Part shown: positions 36,266 through 45,757 of the stretch, one piece after another
Layout: every line of letters begins with the position of its first letter
How positions within the stretch are numbered: position 1 is the first letter of the stretch
Assembly: GCA_947444925.1 (NCBI GenBank)
Contig: CANFBW010000007.1
Coordinates: 8,774 to 72,773 of the forward strand
Reading direction: 5' to 3'
DNA: 64,000 nucleotides
Source of the DNA: Flavobacteriales bacterium
GTDB lineage: Bacteria; Bacteroidota; Bacteroidia; Flavobacteriales_C; GCA-002722245
The notes under the pieces: generated by a model
Databases searched by the model: none
Told to the model about the DNA's origin: nothing
What the model saw: only the letters and a program-made list of their open reading frames with translations
Translations under genes and position numbers: made by a program

Positions 36266-36470
36266 CGCTCTATTAATTGAAGCGAAGATCCACAACTAAG
36301 GTGTAGCTTAGTTTTAGCAAGCATTATGATTTGGTTAGGCTTGTGTTAATTCAGAACGCAGATTGCGTTAAAATAATTTACATTAATTTATTGTTGTTGC
36401 GCGCATCAAAAAAAATTGACCGCAAAAATTGCCTCACAAAAGCAATGTGAAAAGCACAAAAGACATTTGC

Positions 36471-37499
36471 TTAAAATGAGCTGAAAGGTGACGCGTCCAG
36501 TATGAGTCCCTTTTTTTCAGACACCCGGTATTTGTAAATCAACGATATTTGGTTGGCAGAAGCCGACGACCAATATCTTCCCATTTCAGAGCCAGCATAA
36601 ACATCGTAACTGTATCCAAATGTTAAGTTTTTGTATTCTAGGCCGAGTAAAAAAGCCATTGTACCATTGAGTCGAAACCAAGTCGCCAAAGTAAGTTTTG
36701 AGTTTTCTTTGAAACGGTAATCCAAATATAGGCCAGGCGTTACTTCCTGCATGCCGCCTTGCAAATTAATCCGCACATTGGGTGCCACATCAATTTTATG
36801 GTCGCCAATAATTTTAATTCCAGCTTGAATTGAAAATCTTTTCGTTAAATCGTCTTTGCTTGAAATCACCGAAACATTTGGCGTGTTCAAATGATATCCT
36901 GCCACACCCACAAAACAATTTATTTTTCCATCGGTCTCCGTTTTAACAGGATTGTAATACCACATGGCGCCAAAGCCAAAATCCTGATGCAATCGTGTAG
37001 TATTTAGTAAATTTTCAGTGATTGCATTCGTCGAAGAATAACTTCCATTGATGTACTGCTCATCAAAAGACAAGTCGCCAATAGTCAGTGACCTTTGTCC
37101 AAACTCCCCCAACAGGGCAACGCTCAAATGTGCAGCTACCGACAATTGCAAATCATAACCCACAGAAAGTGACACGTTGAAATTGCGAAAAGCCCCCGCC
37201 ACATCGTTTTGCAAATTCAATCCAAGGTCAAATTTGCGATGGTTGTCGTTCACATACAAAGGATAAAGAATACCCAACGACGACGAAGTATATCCTTTTT
37301 GAATATCCGCCAATTGGTTTTTGTAATTGGCAATGACTTGCAAATCGCCATTGGCGCCCAAAATCGCAGGGTTCAATAAAATCGGATTCGCATACGCCTG
37401 CGTTAAACTTGCGTCTTGCGCAAATGCACCACTACAAACAAAACACAGTAATACCAATTGAAACAAGACTATTCTAAATATTTTGTTGTTCGTTTTCAT
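36471..37499 (-). CDS. T9SS membrane protein of the PorP/SprF family.
   Basis: 342 aa with a signal peptide. The mature N-terminus QDASLTQAYANPILLNPAILGANG matches the PorP/SprF signature (QDPQFSQY..NP..NPA.AG). It lies immediately downstream of a type-B CTD gene, the canonical pairing. Confidence 0.75.
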   Translation of the reverse strand: MKTNNKIFRIVLFQLVLLCFVCSGAFAQDASLTQAYANPILLNPAILGANGDLQVIANYKNQLADIQKGYTSSSLGILYPLYVNDNHRKFDLGLNLQNDVAGAFRNFNVSLSVGYDLQLSVAAHLSVALLGEFGQRSLTIGDLSFDEQYINGSYSSTNAITENLLNTTRLHQDFGFGAMWYYNPVKTETDGKINCFVGVAGYHLNTPNVSVISSKDDLTKRFSIQAGIKIIGDHKIDVAPNVRINLQGGMQEVTPGLYLDYRFKENSKLTLATWFRLNGTMAFLLGLEYKNLTFGYSYDVYAGSEMGRYWSSASANQISLIYKYRVSEKKGLILDASPFSSF

Positions 37500-37502
37500 G
37501 GC

Positions 37503-40500
37503 TTAGCGAATTAAGTTGACAAGACCCTTGTCGTTGATGATACTGCCGTCCATTTTACTTCCTCGTACAAAAAAAACATAGGCTCCTTGCGGCATCTCTT
37601 CTCCTGAATTTTGTTTTTTTCCGTCCCAGCCCGTTTGAATATTTTTCGACAAAAAGATGGCTTCTCCCATATTGTTGAAAATCGCAAATTCAAAATCTTG
37701 AATCTCCTCGCCACGCACAAAGAGCACATCGTTTTTTCCATTGCCATTTGGCGTAAATGCCGCGGGAAGCCAATAATCGTGGGTCTTCACCACCACTGTT
37801 TTTGCACCTGAAGCACTGCAACCAAAAATTGTGGTGGCAACTACAGTGTAGGTTGTTGTCGCATCGGGACTCGCGAAAGGATTGGAAATACCGGCATTAC
37901 TCAATCCGGCAGAAGGACTCCAAACATACTGCACACCACCACCTGCCTGCAATTGCAATTTTTCTCCTTTCGCTATCGTGTCGTTTTTTATTTCAAAAAC
38001 CGATGGCAAAGTATGTACCAACACCTGTACTTTTTTAGACAGCGGCGCACAACCATAACCCGAAACCGTCAACGTATATTCTGTTGTTGAATCAGGACTG
38101 GCAGCGGGATTTGCAGCCGTTGAATCGCTCAATCCTGCTGAGGGCATCCATCGGTACGCTTGTCCAGCTATCGACGGTGCTCCAATTTGAATTTCATCTT
38201 TTCGACACAGCGCAACATCAGCTCCTGCATTCGCCTGAAGTTCTGAAACCACGGCTTCCATTTGCGCGCTTGCCGAACATCCGCTGAGAAAATTTTTAGC
38301 AGCAAGCGTTATTGTTTTTGTACCGCCACTGGCGTAAACAATGGCACTCGGATTTTTCACATTTGAAATCAAAGGCTTTGCATCGGCACCAAAATTCCAT
38401 TTAAAACTTACTCCAGTAGAATCACCACTATTAGTGAAAGCCAAAGCAGCACCTGCACATTTGGGACCCAGTGTAGTACTCGCCAAATCTATGCGTGGCG
38501 TAGCTTTGATCAGCAATGAATCCGATATAGAAGTCACACAACCAAAATTATTTTTCACATCCAACAACACTGTTTTCGTGCCCGAAGTTTTGTAAATCAC
38601 TGAGGTGGGCGTTTGCGCATTAGATGTTTCTGCCGTGGCATCAGCGCCAAAATCCCAAAAATAAGTTTGGCCCACTATCTTTGTCCCACTAAAAGAAAAA
38701 GTTACGGGCACATTCGCACATACCGAGCCCGACGATGTGAAAGCCGCCACCGGCGAAGGATTTACAGTAATGGTTTGCGACTTGCTATCGTTCACCGAAC
38801 AGCTCGGTACAAAAACTTTGTGCGTGATGGTATAGGCGCCCGCATTTGCATAAATAAAATCGGCAGGATTTTCATCTGTTGAAACACTGGGAGTACTGCC
38901 CAATCCAAAAGTCCATTGGTGCGTAACACCCGTACCTTTGCTGCCAGCACTGTAAACATTGATTCCGTTTCCTGCGCAACCTGGTCCCGACAAAGTAAAA
39001 GTGGCATCGGCACCCGCAACTACGTTTACTGTTTGCAACACCGTGTCAGTCCACAAGCCATAACAAGAAGGTCCGTCAGAGACAATGAGGCGCACTGATT
39101 TAAGTCCGGCAGAAGCATAAGTCACCGCAATCGAACCCGCCGCACTACTTGTTTGTGGCGTTGCCGTAGCGCCAAAATTCCATGCAAAACTTTTATTTCC
39201 CCCTGCTCCCGCCAAACTGTTGAAAGTGACAGTACCCGACGGAAAACAAACTGCGGTGCCATTCAGCGGATTAAAATTTGCGTTCACCAAACCCACTACC
39301 AACAGGCCATAAATGTTCACAGGTACTGCACTTGAAATGAAAGAATTGTCGCCCAGTTGTCCAATCAAATTATTTCCGCTGCCGCAATAAACACCATTGA
39401 CATTGTCATCGAGTATGGCTGCACAAAAATCTTTCCCTGCTGAAACAGCAAGTGCATTTTGCAAAAACCCAACGTTTTGTATGCCGTGCATTTGTAATGC
39501 ACTCAGTCGATTGCTTCCTGTTGTATTGTCGCCCAACTGACCTTTGGCATTGGCACCCCAAGTCCAAATACTACTGTCGCTCAACACCACAGCGCTGAAA
39601 CCAAATCCGGCAGCAACACTTTTTGCTGCGCCAAGGCCCTGCACAGTCATTGCTTTCGCTTTGCTGATGGCACTGCCATCACCCAACTGACCACTGGCAT
39701 TTCCTCCCCAAGTTTTTACAGTGCCAGTGGCAAGCACTGCTATAGAATGATCGGCACCGCCATCGATGCTTATGACTTTATTTAAAAAAGTATTGCTCGC
39801 ATTGTCTAACACCAAGTGAGGTAGGGAGTCCTTTCCGCCAAAAACACCGCTCCCTGTTTGTCCGTTGGTCGCATTGCCAAATGCACACAGCGTGCTGTCT
39901 CGAAGCAACACCAAGCTATGTGTAGCGCCAGCAGCCGCTTCAAAGGCCTTACCCAAAAATCCCACGTTGCCAATGCCATGTACTTGAACAGCAGTGAGCG
40001 TTTCGCTTGTAGAATTATTTCCCAATTGTCCATTGCTATTTCCTCCCCAAGTCCAAACACTGCCGTTTTCCATCACTGCAATAGAATGTACATCTCCAGC
40101 AGCGATTGAAAAAGCAGAAAGCCCCGATGGAAGTCCTTGCACCAAAACCGGAAACAAACTTTGCGTGCGCGTACCATTGCCCAATTGACCATTGCTGTTG
40201 CTTCCCCATGCTACAATTCGGCCATCGCAAAGAATGGCTAAGGAATGGTTCGCCCCTGCAGCAATGGCTGTAGCATTTGTTAAGAATCCACTGTTCAGTA
40301 CACCTTTCACCTGAACAGGCACATTACTTTGTGTTGTTGAATTGTTGCCCAATTGTCCGTTGCTGTTGCCTCCCCAAGCCCATACTTCTCCATTGGTTTT
40401 AAGGGCCAAAGTATGTGCGTCACCACACGTCAAATGATGGGCAATACAATTCGCAGGACGCGCATTGTGCACTGCCGCCGTTAGGCTTGAGTCACGAACG

Positions 40501-40937
40501 GTGAAGCCACTCGAATTACCATTTAAATAACTGTGAATGGTAAACAAATCAGTGCTGTCAATTTTCAATGAATCGCTGGCAAAACGAATCGCCAACAGCG
40601 CTTTTCCCTGCTCAACATTTTGCAAGCTGCTAGAGGTGAAACGCAAGATTTTTGTTGTTGTATTGTAAAAATAAAGCTCCTCTAAATAATTAGTTAAATC
40701 AATAATGGTATCAAAACGCAATTTGGGTTGATTGAATTGCAAAGAAAAATCCAAAGCAGTGATATCAAAATTTGCTGTTGCCGATACTTCAACAGTTACC
40801 AAACCATTTTTTACTGTTGGTTTCGACATGAAAAACACCACTTCATCTTTTGGAAGAGAAGTTTGTGCTGCGCCAATTTTGGAGAAAACCAAAAGCAACA
40901 ACAGAAATATAAATTTTGCACAAAGTTTTTGTTTCAT
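37503..40937 (-). CDS. Giant cell-surface protein with RCC1-like repeats, PKD/Ig-like domains and a T9SS type-B CTD (SprB-type cargo).
   Basis: 1144 aa. There are at least seven RCC1-type repeats (W.WG.N..GQLG.N/G). PKD-like beta domains follow. The C-terminal ~90 aa LPAAFTPNGNGKNDVLFVRGEEIQDFEFAIFNNMGEAIF...WDGKKQNSGEEMPQGAYVFFVRG match the gliding-motility-associated type-B CTD. Confidence 0.75.
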   Translation of the reverse strand: MKQKLCAKFIFLLLLLVFSKIGAAQTSLPKDEVVFFMSKPTVKNGLVTVEVSATANFDITALDFSLQFNQPKLRFDTIIDLTNYLEELYFYNTTTKILRFTSSSLQNVEQGKALLAIRFASDSLKIDSTDLFTIHSYLNGNSSGFTVRDSSLTAAVHNARPANCIAHHLTCGDAHTLALKTNGEVWAWGGNSNGQLGNNSTTQSNVPVQVKGVLNSGFLTNATAIAAGANHSLAILCDGRIVAWGSNSNGQLGNGTRTQSLFPVLVQGLPSGLSAFSIAAGDVHSIAVMENGSVWTWGGNSNGQLGNNSTSETLTAVQVHGIGNVGFLGKAFEAAAGATHSLVLLRDSTLCAFGNATNGQTGSGVFGGKDSLPHLVLDNASNTFLNKVISIDGGADHSIAVLATGTVKTWGGNASGQLGDGSAISKAKAMTVQGLGAAKSVAAGFGFSAVVLSDSSIWTWGANAKGQLGDNTTGSNRLSALQMHGIQNVGFLQNALAVSAGKDFCAAILDDNVNGVYCGSGNNLIGQLGDNSFISSAVPVNIYGLLVVGLVNANFNPLNGTAVCFPSGTVTFNSLAGAGGNKSFAWNFGATATPQTSSAAGSIAVTYASAGLKSVRLIVSDGPSCYGLWTDTVLQTVNVVAGADATFTLSGPGCAGNGINVYSAGSKGTGVTHQWTFGLGSTPSVSTDENPADFIYANAGAYTITHKVFVPSCSVNDSKSQTITVNPSPVAAFTSSGSVCANVPVTFSFSGTKIVGQTYFWDFGADATAETSNAQTPTSVIYKTSGTKTVLLDVKNNFGCVTSISDSLLIKATPRIDLASTTLGPKCAGAALAFTNSGDSTGVSFKWNFGADAKPLISNVKNPSAIVYASGGTKTITLAAKNFLSGCSASAQMEAVVSELQANAGADVALCRKDEIQIGAPSIAGQAYRWMPSAGLSDSTAANPAASPDSTTEYTLTVSGYGCAPLSKKVQVLVHTLPSVFEIKNDTIAKGEKLQLQAGGGVQYVWSPSAGLSNAGISNPFASPDATTTYTVVATTIFGCSASGAKTVVVKTHDYWLPAAFTPNGNGKNDVLFVRGEEIQDFEFAIFNNMGEAIFLSKNIQTGWDGKKQNSGEEMPQGAYVFFVRGSKMDGSIINDKGLVNLIR

Positions 40938-41125
40938 TGCATGAAAAGCATTGTTATTGCTTTAATGCAAAAGTCCTCAAACTATGTTAGCACAGTGTTT
41001 TTACTTTATTAAGTTATGGTCAATAAATTGTCACTCCTACGGTAGCGTATGTTATTTAATTGATAAACTAGAGGGCACAAAAAACAATCGTCCACCCATG
41101 CGCTGAAAACACAAAATCTGTAAAA

Positions 41126-41161
41126 CAAAAAAACCATCCTGATTACTCAGGATGGTTTTTG
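41126..41161. terminator. Rho-independent terminator directly after the 3' end of tRNA-Gln.
   Basis: AAAAAA-AACCATCCTGA-TTAC-TCAGGATGGTT-TTTTT. The stem is 11 bp and perfect, with an A-run on one side and a T-run on the other, so it is orientation-independent. Confidence 0.6.
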
Positions 41162-41232
41162 TAGTCCCACCAGGACTCGAACCTAGACATACACAACCAA
41201 AATGTGCAGTGCTACCATTACACCATGGGACT
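41162..41232 (-). tRNA. tRNA-Gln (anticodon UUG).
   Basis: The reverse complement is AGTCCCATGGTGTAATGGTAGCACTGCACATTTTGGTTGTGTATGTCTAGGTTCGAGTCCTGGTGGGACTA. The acceptor stem is AGTCCCA/TGGGACT. The D-arm is GTGT-AATGGTA-GCAC. The anticodon stem-loop is GCACA-TTTTGGT-TGTGT with anticodon TTG. The T-loop is GGTTCGAGTCC. CCA is not encoded. Confidence 0.85.
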
Positions 41233-41441
41233 GTTAGCGAAGCGCAAATTTAGGTTTTTTGTCAATATCCACAAACTTTCGTGCAGATTTTCTCACAATT
41301 CCCCATTCACTAGGGTAATTTTCCCTTTCAATCTAATTTTTATAAGCCTATTATTTTGCTAAATTCGCGATGGTTAAAAACAAAAGTGTAAAATAACCAA
41401 GGCTCAAAACCGAGGTCAACATACCAACAACAAAAAGAAAA

Positions 41442-44400
41442 ATGGAAAATCTGTATAAAAAATACAACAACCTTTTCGGCTGGATTACCTTCGCCATCGC
41501 AGCAACAACCTACTGCTTAACAGTTGAACCCACTGCAAGTTTTTGGGACTGCGGCGAGTTCATCGCCTCTGCCTTTAAATTAGAAGTGGGTCACCCTCCG
41601 GGAGCACCATTGTGGATGATGGTGGCACGTGTATTCGGCCTACTGGCTGGCAACGACGTTACACAAGTGGCCTACTGGGTGAATATCTTCTCGGCACTGA
41701 GTACGGCCTTCGCCATTCTATTTTTATTTTGGACCATCACCGCTCTTGCCAAAAAAGTGGCGCTGCAAAGTGGTGAACTTACCAAAGGAAAAATCGCCGG
41801 CATCATCATCAGTGGCTTCATTGGCGCTGTGGCGTACACCTTCACCGACACCATTTGGTTTTCAGCAGTAGAAGGCGAAGTTTACGCCTCTTCTATGTTT
41901 TTTACCGCCATCGTTTTTTGGCTCATCCTGAAATGGGACGCTATTGCCGATGAAAAATACGCCGACCGCTATTTGATCCTCATCGCTTATTTGATGGGAC
42001 TTTCCATCGGTGTCCATTTGTTAAACTTATTGACCATACCTGCATTGGTATACGTTTACTACTTCCGCAAAAACAAAGTCATTACGCCTGTTGGCTTTGT
42101 AAAAGCAGGAGCCATTGGTGTGTTAATATTGGCCTTGGTGCAATACGGCGTTATTCAAAGCTTGGTGAAATTTGCCGCTAAATTTGAATTATTTTTCGTC
42201 AATTCATTGCACATGCCTTTCAACAGCGGCGTTGTCGCTTTTGCCTTGCTCATCATTGGCGGTGTTGTTGCCGGCACAATCTATGCCCGCAAGAAAAAAT
42301 TGTATTTGATGCACACCTTGATGATGTGCTTTGCCGTGATTTTAATCGGTTACTCTACTTTCTTATTGATCGTTATTCGTTCGGCAGCCAATACGCCAAT
42401 GGATGAAAACAATCCTGAAAATGTATTCAGTCTTTTGCCTTACCTCAACCGTGAACAGTACGGCGACCGTCCGCTGTTGTACGGACAAACTTTCAACTCT
42501 GTGCTCGATGAGCAAGACCCTTATGCCGATGAAAATCCTACTTACTACAAAGATGAAGTAAAAGACAAAAGCAATTATTTGATCTCTGACGACGGCAAAG
42601 ACAAAACCTACAACTACAATCCTAAAACGATGAAGGTTTTGCCGCGTATGTACAGCAGCGAAGACCGTCACAAAAAAGCATACGAAGCCTGGTTGGGCTT
42701 TAAAGACGGACAACGCGGTAAAAAAGTAGACCTCGGTACCGAAGTAGTATACATTCCTACACATGCCGACGACATTGAGTTTTTCTCACGCTACCAATTC
42801 AACTTCATGTATTGGAGATACTTTATGTGGAATTTCGCCGGCCGTCAAAACGACCTACAAGCCAGCGACATCAACGAAAAAATGCAAGGCAACTGGATCA
42901 GCGGCATTGAAATGATCGACAGTGAAAGAGTGGGCAAAAAAGATTTATTGCCTACACCATTGAAAGAGAACAAAGGCAGAAACTATTACTTCTTCCTTCC
43001 TTTGATCTTGGGATTGATTGGCCTCATCTTTCACTTTACCAAAAGTGTAAAAGATGGATTTATCGTGCTCCTCTTGTTTTTCATGACAGGTATCGGCATC
43101 ATCATTTATTTGAACCAACCGCCTTACCAGCCCCGCGAAAGAGATTACGCCTATGTTGGCTCCTTCTACACCTTCGCCATTTGGATAGGTTTAGGCGTGC
43201 AGGCGCTCATCTTCTTTATGACGAGCTTCAAAAAACAAAGTGCGAATTTAACCTTTGTGCAAAAATTAGAAAAAGCAGGTTCTAAAGAAGTGGTTTACGC
43301 CGGTTTGGCGGGCATTGTGCTTGGCCTTCTCGCCTACATGATGGAAAACAAGGGCTTTGGTTATTCGCTAATGTTTATTGGCGCTATGCTGGCCGCCGTG
43401 CCGGTATTGTGCCATTACCTCGGACAAGCCATTGAAAACGAAACAGGCAAAGCCTTTTTGGCGCTTGCTGCCACGGTGGGGATTCCTTACTTGTTGGCCG
43501 CCAACAATTGGAATGACCACGACAGATCCAACAGAACCAGCGCCCGCGACATCGCAAAATGCTATTTGCAATCGTGCGCGCCCAACGCCATTCTCTTTAC
43601 CAACGGCGACAACGACACTTTCCCATTGTGGTATGTACAAGAGGTAGAAGGCTTCCGTACCGACGTGCGCGTGGTGAATTTGAGTCTCCTCAACACCGAC
43701 TGGTTCATCAACCAAATGAAACGCAAAGCTTACAACAGTGAACCAGTGCCTTTTTCGTTGACCGAAGATTTGTACCGCGAACGCAACCGAAACGCAGTGC
43801 TGGTGCTTGACCCTACCAACAAAGACATTGAAGCGCGTCTCGCTACTTTCACCCCTGAACCATTGATGAACAAATGGAAACAAATGTGGACGCAAGGCGA
43901 AGACATCGACGTGTTGATGAGAATCATTGCCAACGACACCATCAAGGAATTCAAATTCCCTATCGGCGACGGCAGCAAATCGATGGAATTCATCACCACT
44001 AAAATTGTGCGCATTAAAGTGGACTCTGCTACGGTAGTGGCCAACGGAACGGTGACCAAAGACATGATCAACCGCATACCAAAAGAAATTACTTTCAACT
44101 TGGGCAGCGGCTACATCTACAAAAACAAAATGATGGTGCTCGATTTACTCGCCACCAACGACTGGAAGCGTCCGATTTATTTCTCGGCTACCGTTGGCTC
44201 TGAAAATTTCTTCGGCCTGCAAAACTATTTCCGCAAAGAAGGTTTGGCTTACCGCCTAACGCCCATCAACAGCGCCAACAGCGAAAACCAACAACGCGGC
44301 GACTTTGGCTACACCAACTCCGACACGCTGTACAACAACATCATGAACAAGTTTGCTTGGGGTAACCTAGGCGACACCACCATCTACATTGATGAGCAAA

Positions 44401-44822
44401 ACGCCAACCTCAGCGCCCACCTTGGAATGCTTATGCAAACACTCGCTGGTCAGCTGATCAACGAAGGCAAAAAAGACAGCGCTATCAAGGTACTCGACAA
44501 AATAGCAAGTGTTTTTCCAAACAAAAACTTCCCTTACGACGAGCGCTATATGATTGACGTGGCGAACAACTATTTGTTCATCGGACAAAAACAAAAAGGA
44601 ATGGCGATCTTCAACATACTGAAGAAAAACTTCTACGAAGATTACTACTACTTCATGGCGATGGCGCCAAAATTCGGCAAAGATTCTTTCGGCTACTACA
44701 ACGGTGACCAGCGCATCAAATACGCGCAATACCGCATCAGCCGCTTGCTTGAACTGGCAACACAGTATAAATTCGACGAAAAGCTGATCAAAGATTTACA
44801 GTCGAAATTAATTGAACAATAA
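41442..44822 (+). CDS. Giant polytopic membrane protein of the DUF2723 / TMEM260-like family (glycosyltransferase-like).
   Basis: 1126 aa. The N-terminal motif TVEPTASFWDCGEFIASAFKLEVGHPPGAPLW is characteristic of DUF2723. There are many TM helices and a long C-terminal soluble region. Confidence 0.6.
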   Translation: MENLYKKYNNLFGWITFAIAATTYCLTVEPTASFWDCGEFIASAFKLEVGHPPGAPLWMMVARVFGLLAGNDVTQVAYWVNIFSALSTAFAILFLFWTITALAKKVALQSGELTKGKIAGIIISGFIGAVAYTFTDTIWFSAVEGEVYASSMFFTAIVFWLILKWDAIADEKYADRYLILIAYLMGLSIGVHLLNLLTIPALVYVYYFRKNKVITPVGFVKAGAIGVLILALVQYGVIQSLVKFAAKFELFFVNSLHMPFNSGVVAFALLIIGGVVAGTIYARKKKLYLMHTLMMCFAVILIGYSTFLLIVIRSAANTPMDENNPENVFSLLPYLNREQYGDRPLLYGQTFNSVLDEQDPYADENPTYYKDEVKDKSNYLISDDGKDKTYNYNPKTMKVLPRMYSSEDRHKKAYEAWLGFKDGQRGKKVDLGTEVVYIPTHADDIEFFSRYQFNFMYWRYFMWNFAGRQNDLQASDINEKMQGNWISGIEMIDSERVGKKDLLPTPLKENKGRNYYFFLPLILGLIGLIFHFTKSVKDGFIVLLLFFMTGIGIIIYLNQPPYQPRERDYAYVGSFYTFAIWIGLGVQALIFFMTSFKKQSANLTFVQKLEKAGSKEVVYAGLAGIVLGLLAYMMENKGFGYSLMFIGAMLAAVPVLCHYLGQAIENETGKAFLALAATVGIPYLLAANNWNDHDRSNRTSARDIAKCYLQSCAPNAILFTNGDNDTFPLWYVQEVEGFRTDVRVVNLSLLNTDWFINQMKRKAYNSEPVPFSLTEDLYRERNRNAVLVLDPTNKDIEARLATFTPEPLMNKWKQMWTQGEDIDVLMRIIANDTIKEFKFPIGDGSKSMEFITTKIVRIKVDSATVVANGTVTKDMINRIPKEITFNLGSGYIYKNKMMVLDLLATNDWKRPIYFSATVGSENFFGLQNYFRKEGLAYRLTPINSANSENQQRGDFGYTNSDTLYNNIMNKFAWGNLGDTTIYIDEQNANLSAHLGMLMQTLAGQLINEGKKDSAIKVLDKIASVFPNKNFPYDERYMIDVANNYLFIGQKQKGMAIFNILKKNFYEDYYYFMAMAPKFGKDSFGYYNGDQRIKYAQYRISRLLELATQYKFDEKLIKDLQSKLIEQ

Positions 44823-44837
44823 AGCCTACAACGGTGA

Positions 44838-45491
44838 ATGTGCAATGCGCATTCACCGTTTATTTTGAGCCCGCAAAAAATGTATTTGGTTAAAAATCCA
44901 TCCTTTCTCAAAAAAGTTTTTCCCTCTTTGCTTTGGAAAGTAAAAACCAAGGAGAAGGAACTCTACCTTACTTTTGACGATGGACCGCACCCCCGCATTA
45001 CGCCTTGGGTGTTGGATGTGCTCGACCAATACCAAGCCAAAGCTACCTTCTTTTGTGTTGGCGAAAATGTAGAGAAATACCCTGCTGTTTATGAGGAGAT
45101 TTTGCGCCGCGGACACACTGTGGGCAACCACACCCAAAACCACCTCAACGGCTGGAAAACACCCACTAAAGAATACGCTGAAAACACGGCACTCTGCGCC
45201 AAATCGGTACAAAGCAAACTCTTTCGTCCGCCCTACGGCAAAATAAAAACAACGCAAATCAAGCGCCTCAAAAAAGACTATAAAATAGTAATGTGGTCGG
45301 TGATCAGCGGTGATTTCGACAAAAAACTAATGCCCGAAGAGTGCCTCAACATTGTGGTGCAAAACGCCGACAAAGGCAACATCGTTGTTTTTCACGACAG
45401 CGAAAAAGCCGAAGCAAACCTGCAGTTTTCACTGCCCCGCGTGCTGAACCATTTCACGCAAATCGGCTGGACATTTAAGGCTTTGCAATAG
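44838..45491 (+). CDS. Polysaccharide deacetylase (NodB-homology domain).
   Basis: LTFDDGPHPRITPWVLDVLDQYQAKATFFCVGENV...RGHTVGNHTQNH, which are the NodB motifs. The start could instead be the Met at 44880. Confidence 0.8.
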   Translation: MCNAHSPFILSPQKMYLVKNPSFLKKVFPSLLWKVKTKEKELYLTFDDGPHPRITPWVLDVLDQYQAKATFFCVGENVEKYPAVYEEILRRGHTVGNHTQNHLNGWKTPTKEYAENTALCAKSVQSKLFRPPYGKIKTTQIKRLKKDYKIVMWSVISGDFDKKLMPEECLNIVVQNADKGNIVVFHDSEKAEANLQFSLPRVLNHFTQIGWTFKALQ

Positions 45492-45677
45492 CACCGTTCC
45501 TACTTATTTCTGTCTCCTTCTCTAAAAAAATGCCGCATTGCCCCTTGTGCTACATTTTGTATATTTGTTTGTAATTGTTCGCCACCGTGCCGCTAGGTTT
45601 AAAATAAATCGGTGAATCATACGGGCCATATCAGGAATACAAACACTAGCAATGCGCAACAAGTACTCTCGAGTAAG

Positions 45678-45715
45678 TTTGTCCTCCTGAGGTACTCCGA
45701 AGGATCTATCGCCCC
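45678..45715. repeat. Short repeat copy A of the MITE-like family around the MNT pseudogene.
   Basis: TTGTCCTCCTGAGGTACTCCGAAGGATCTATCGCCCC. Its core is inverted at 46000-46021 with 1 mismatch. It is repeated directly at 46066-46130 with a 37 bp internal insertion. Confidence 0.6.
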
Positions 45716-45757
45716 TTTTGGCACATCACGTACAATGCCGATAAGCACATTTGGTTT

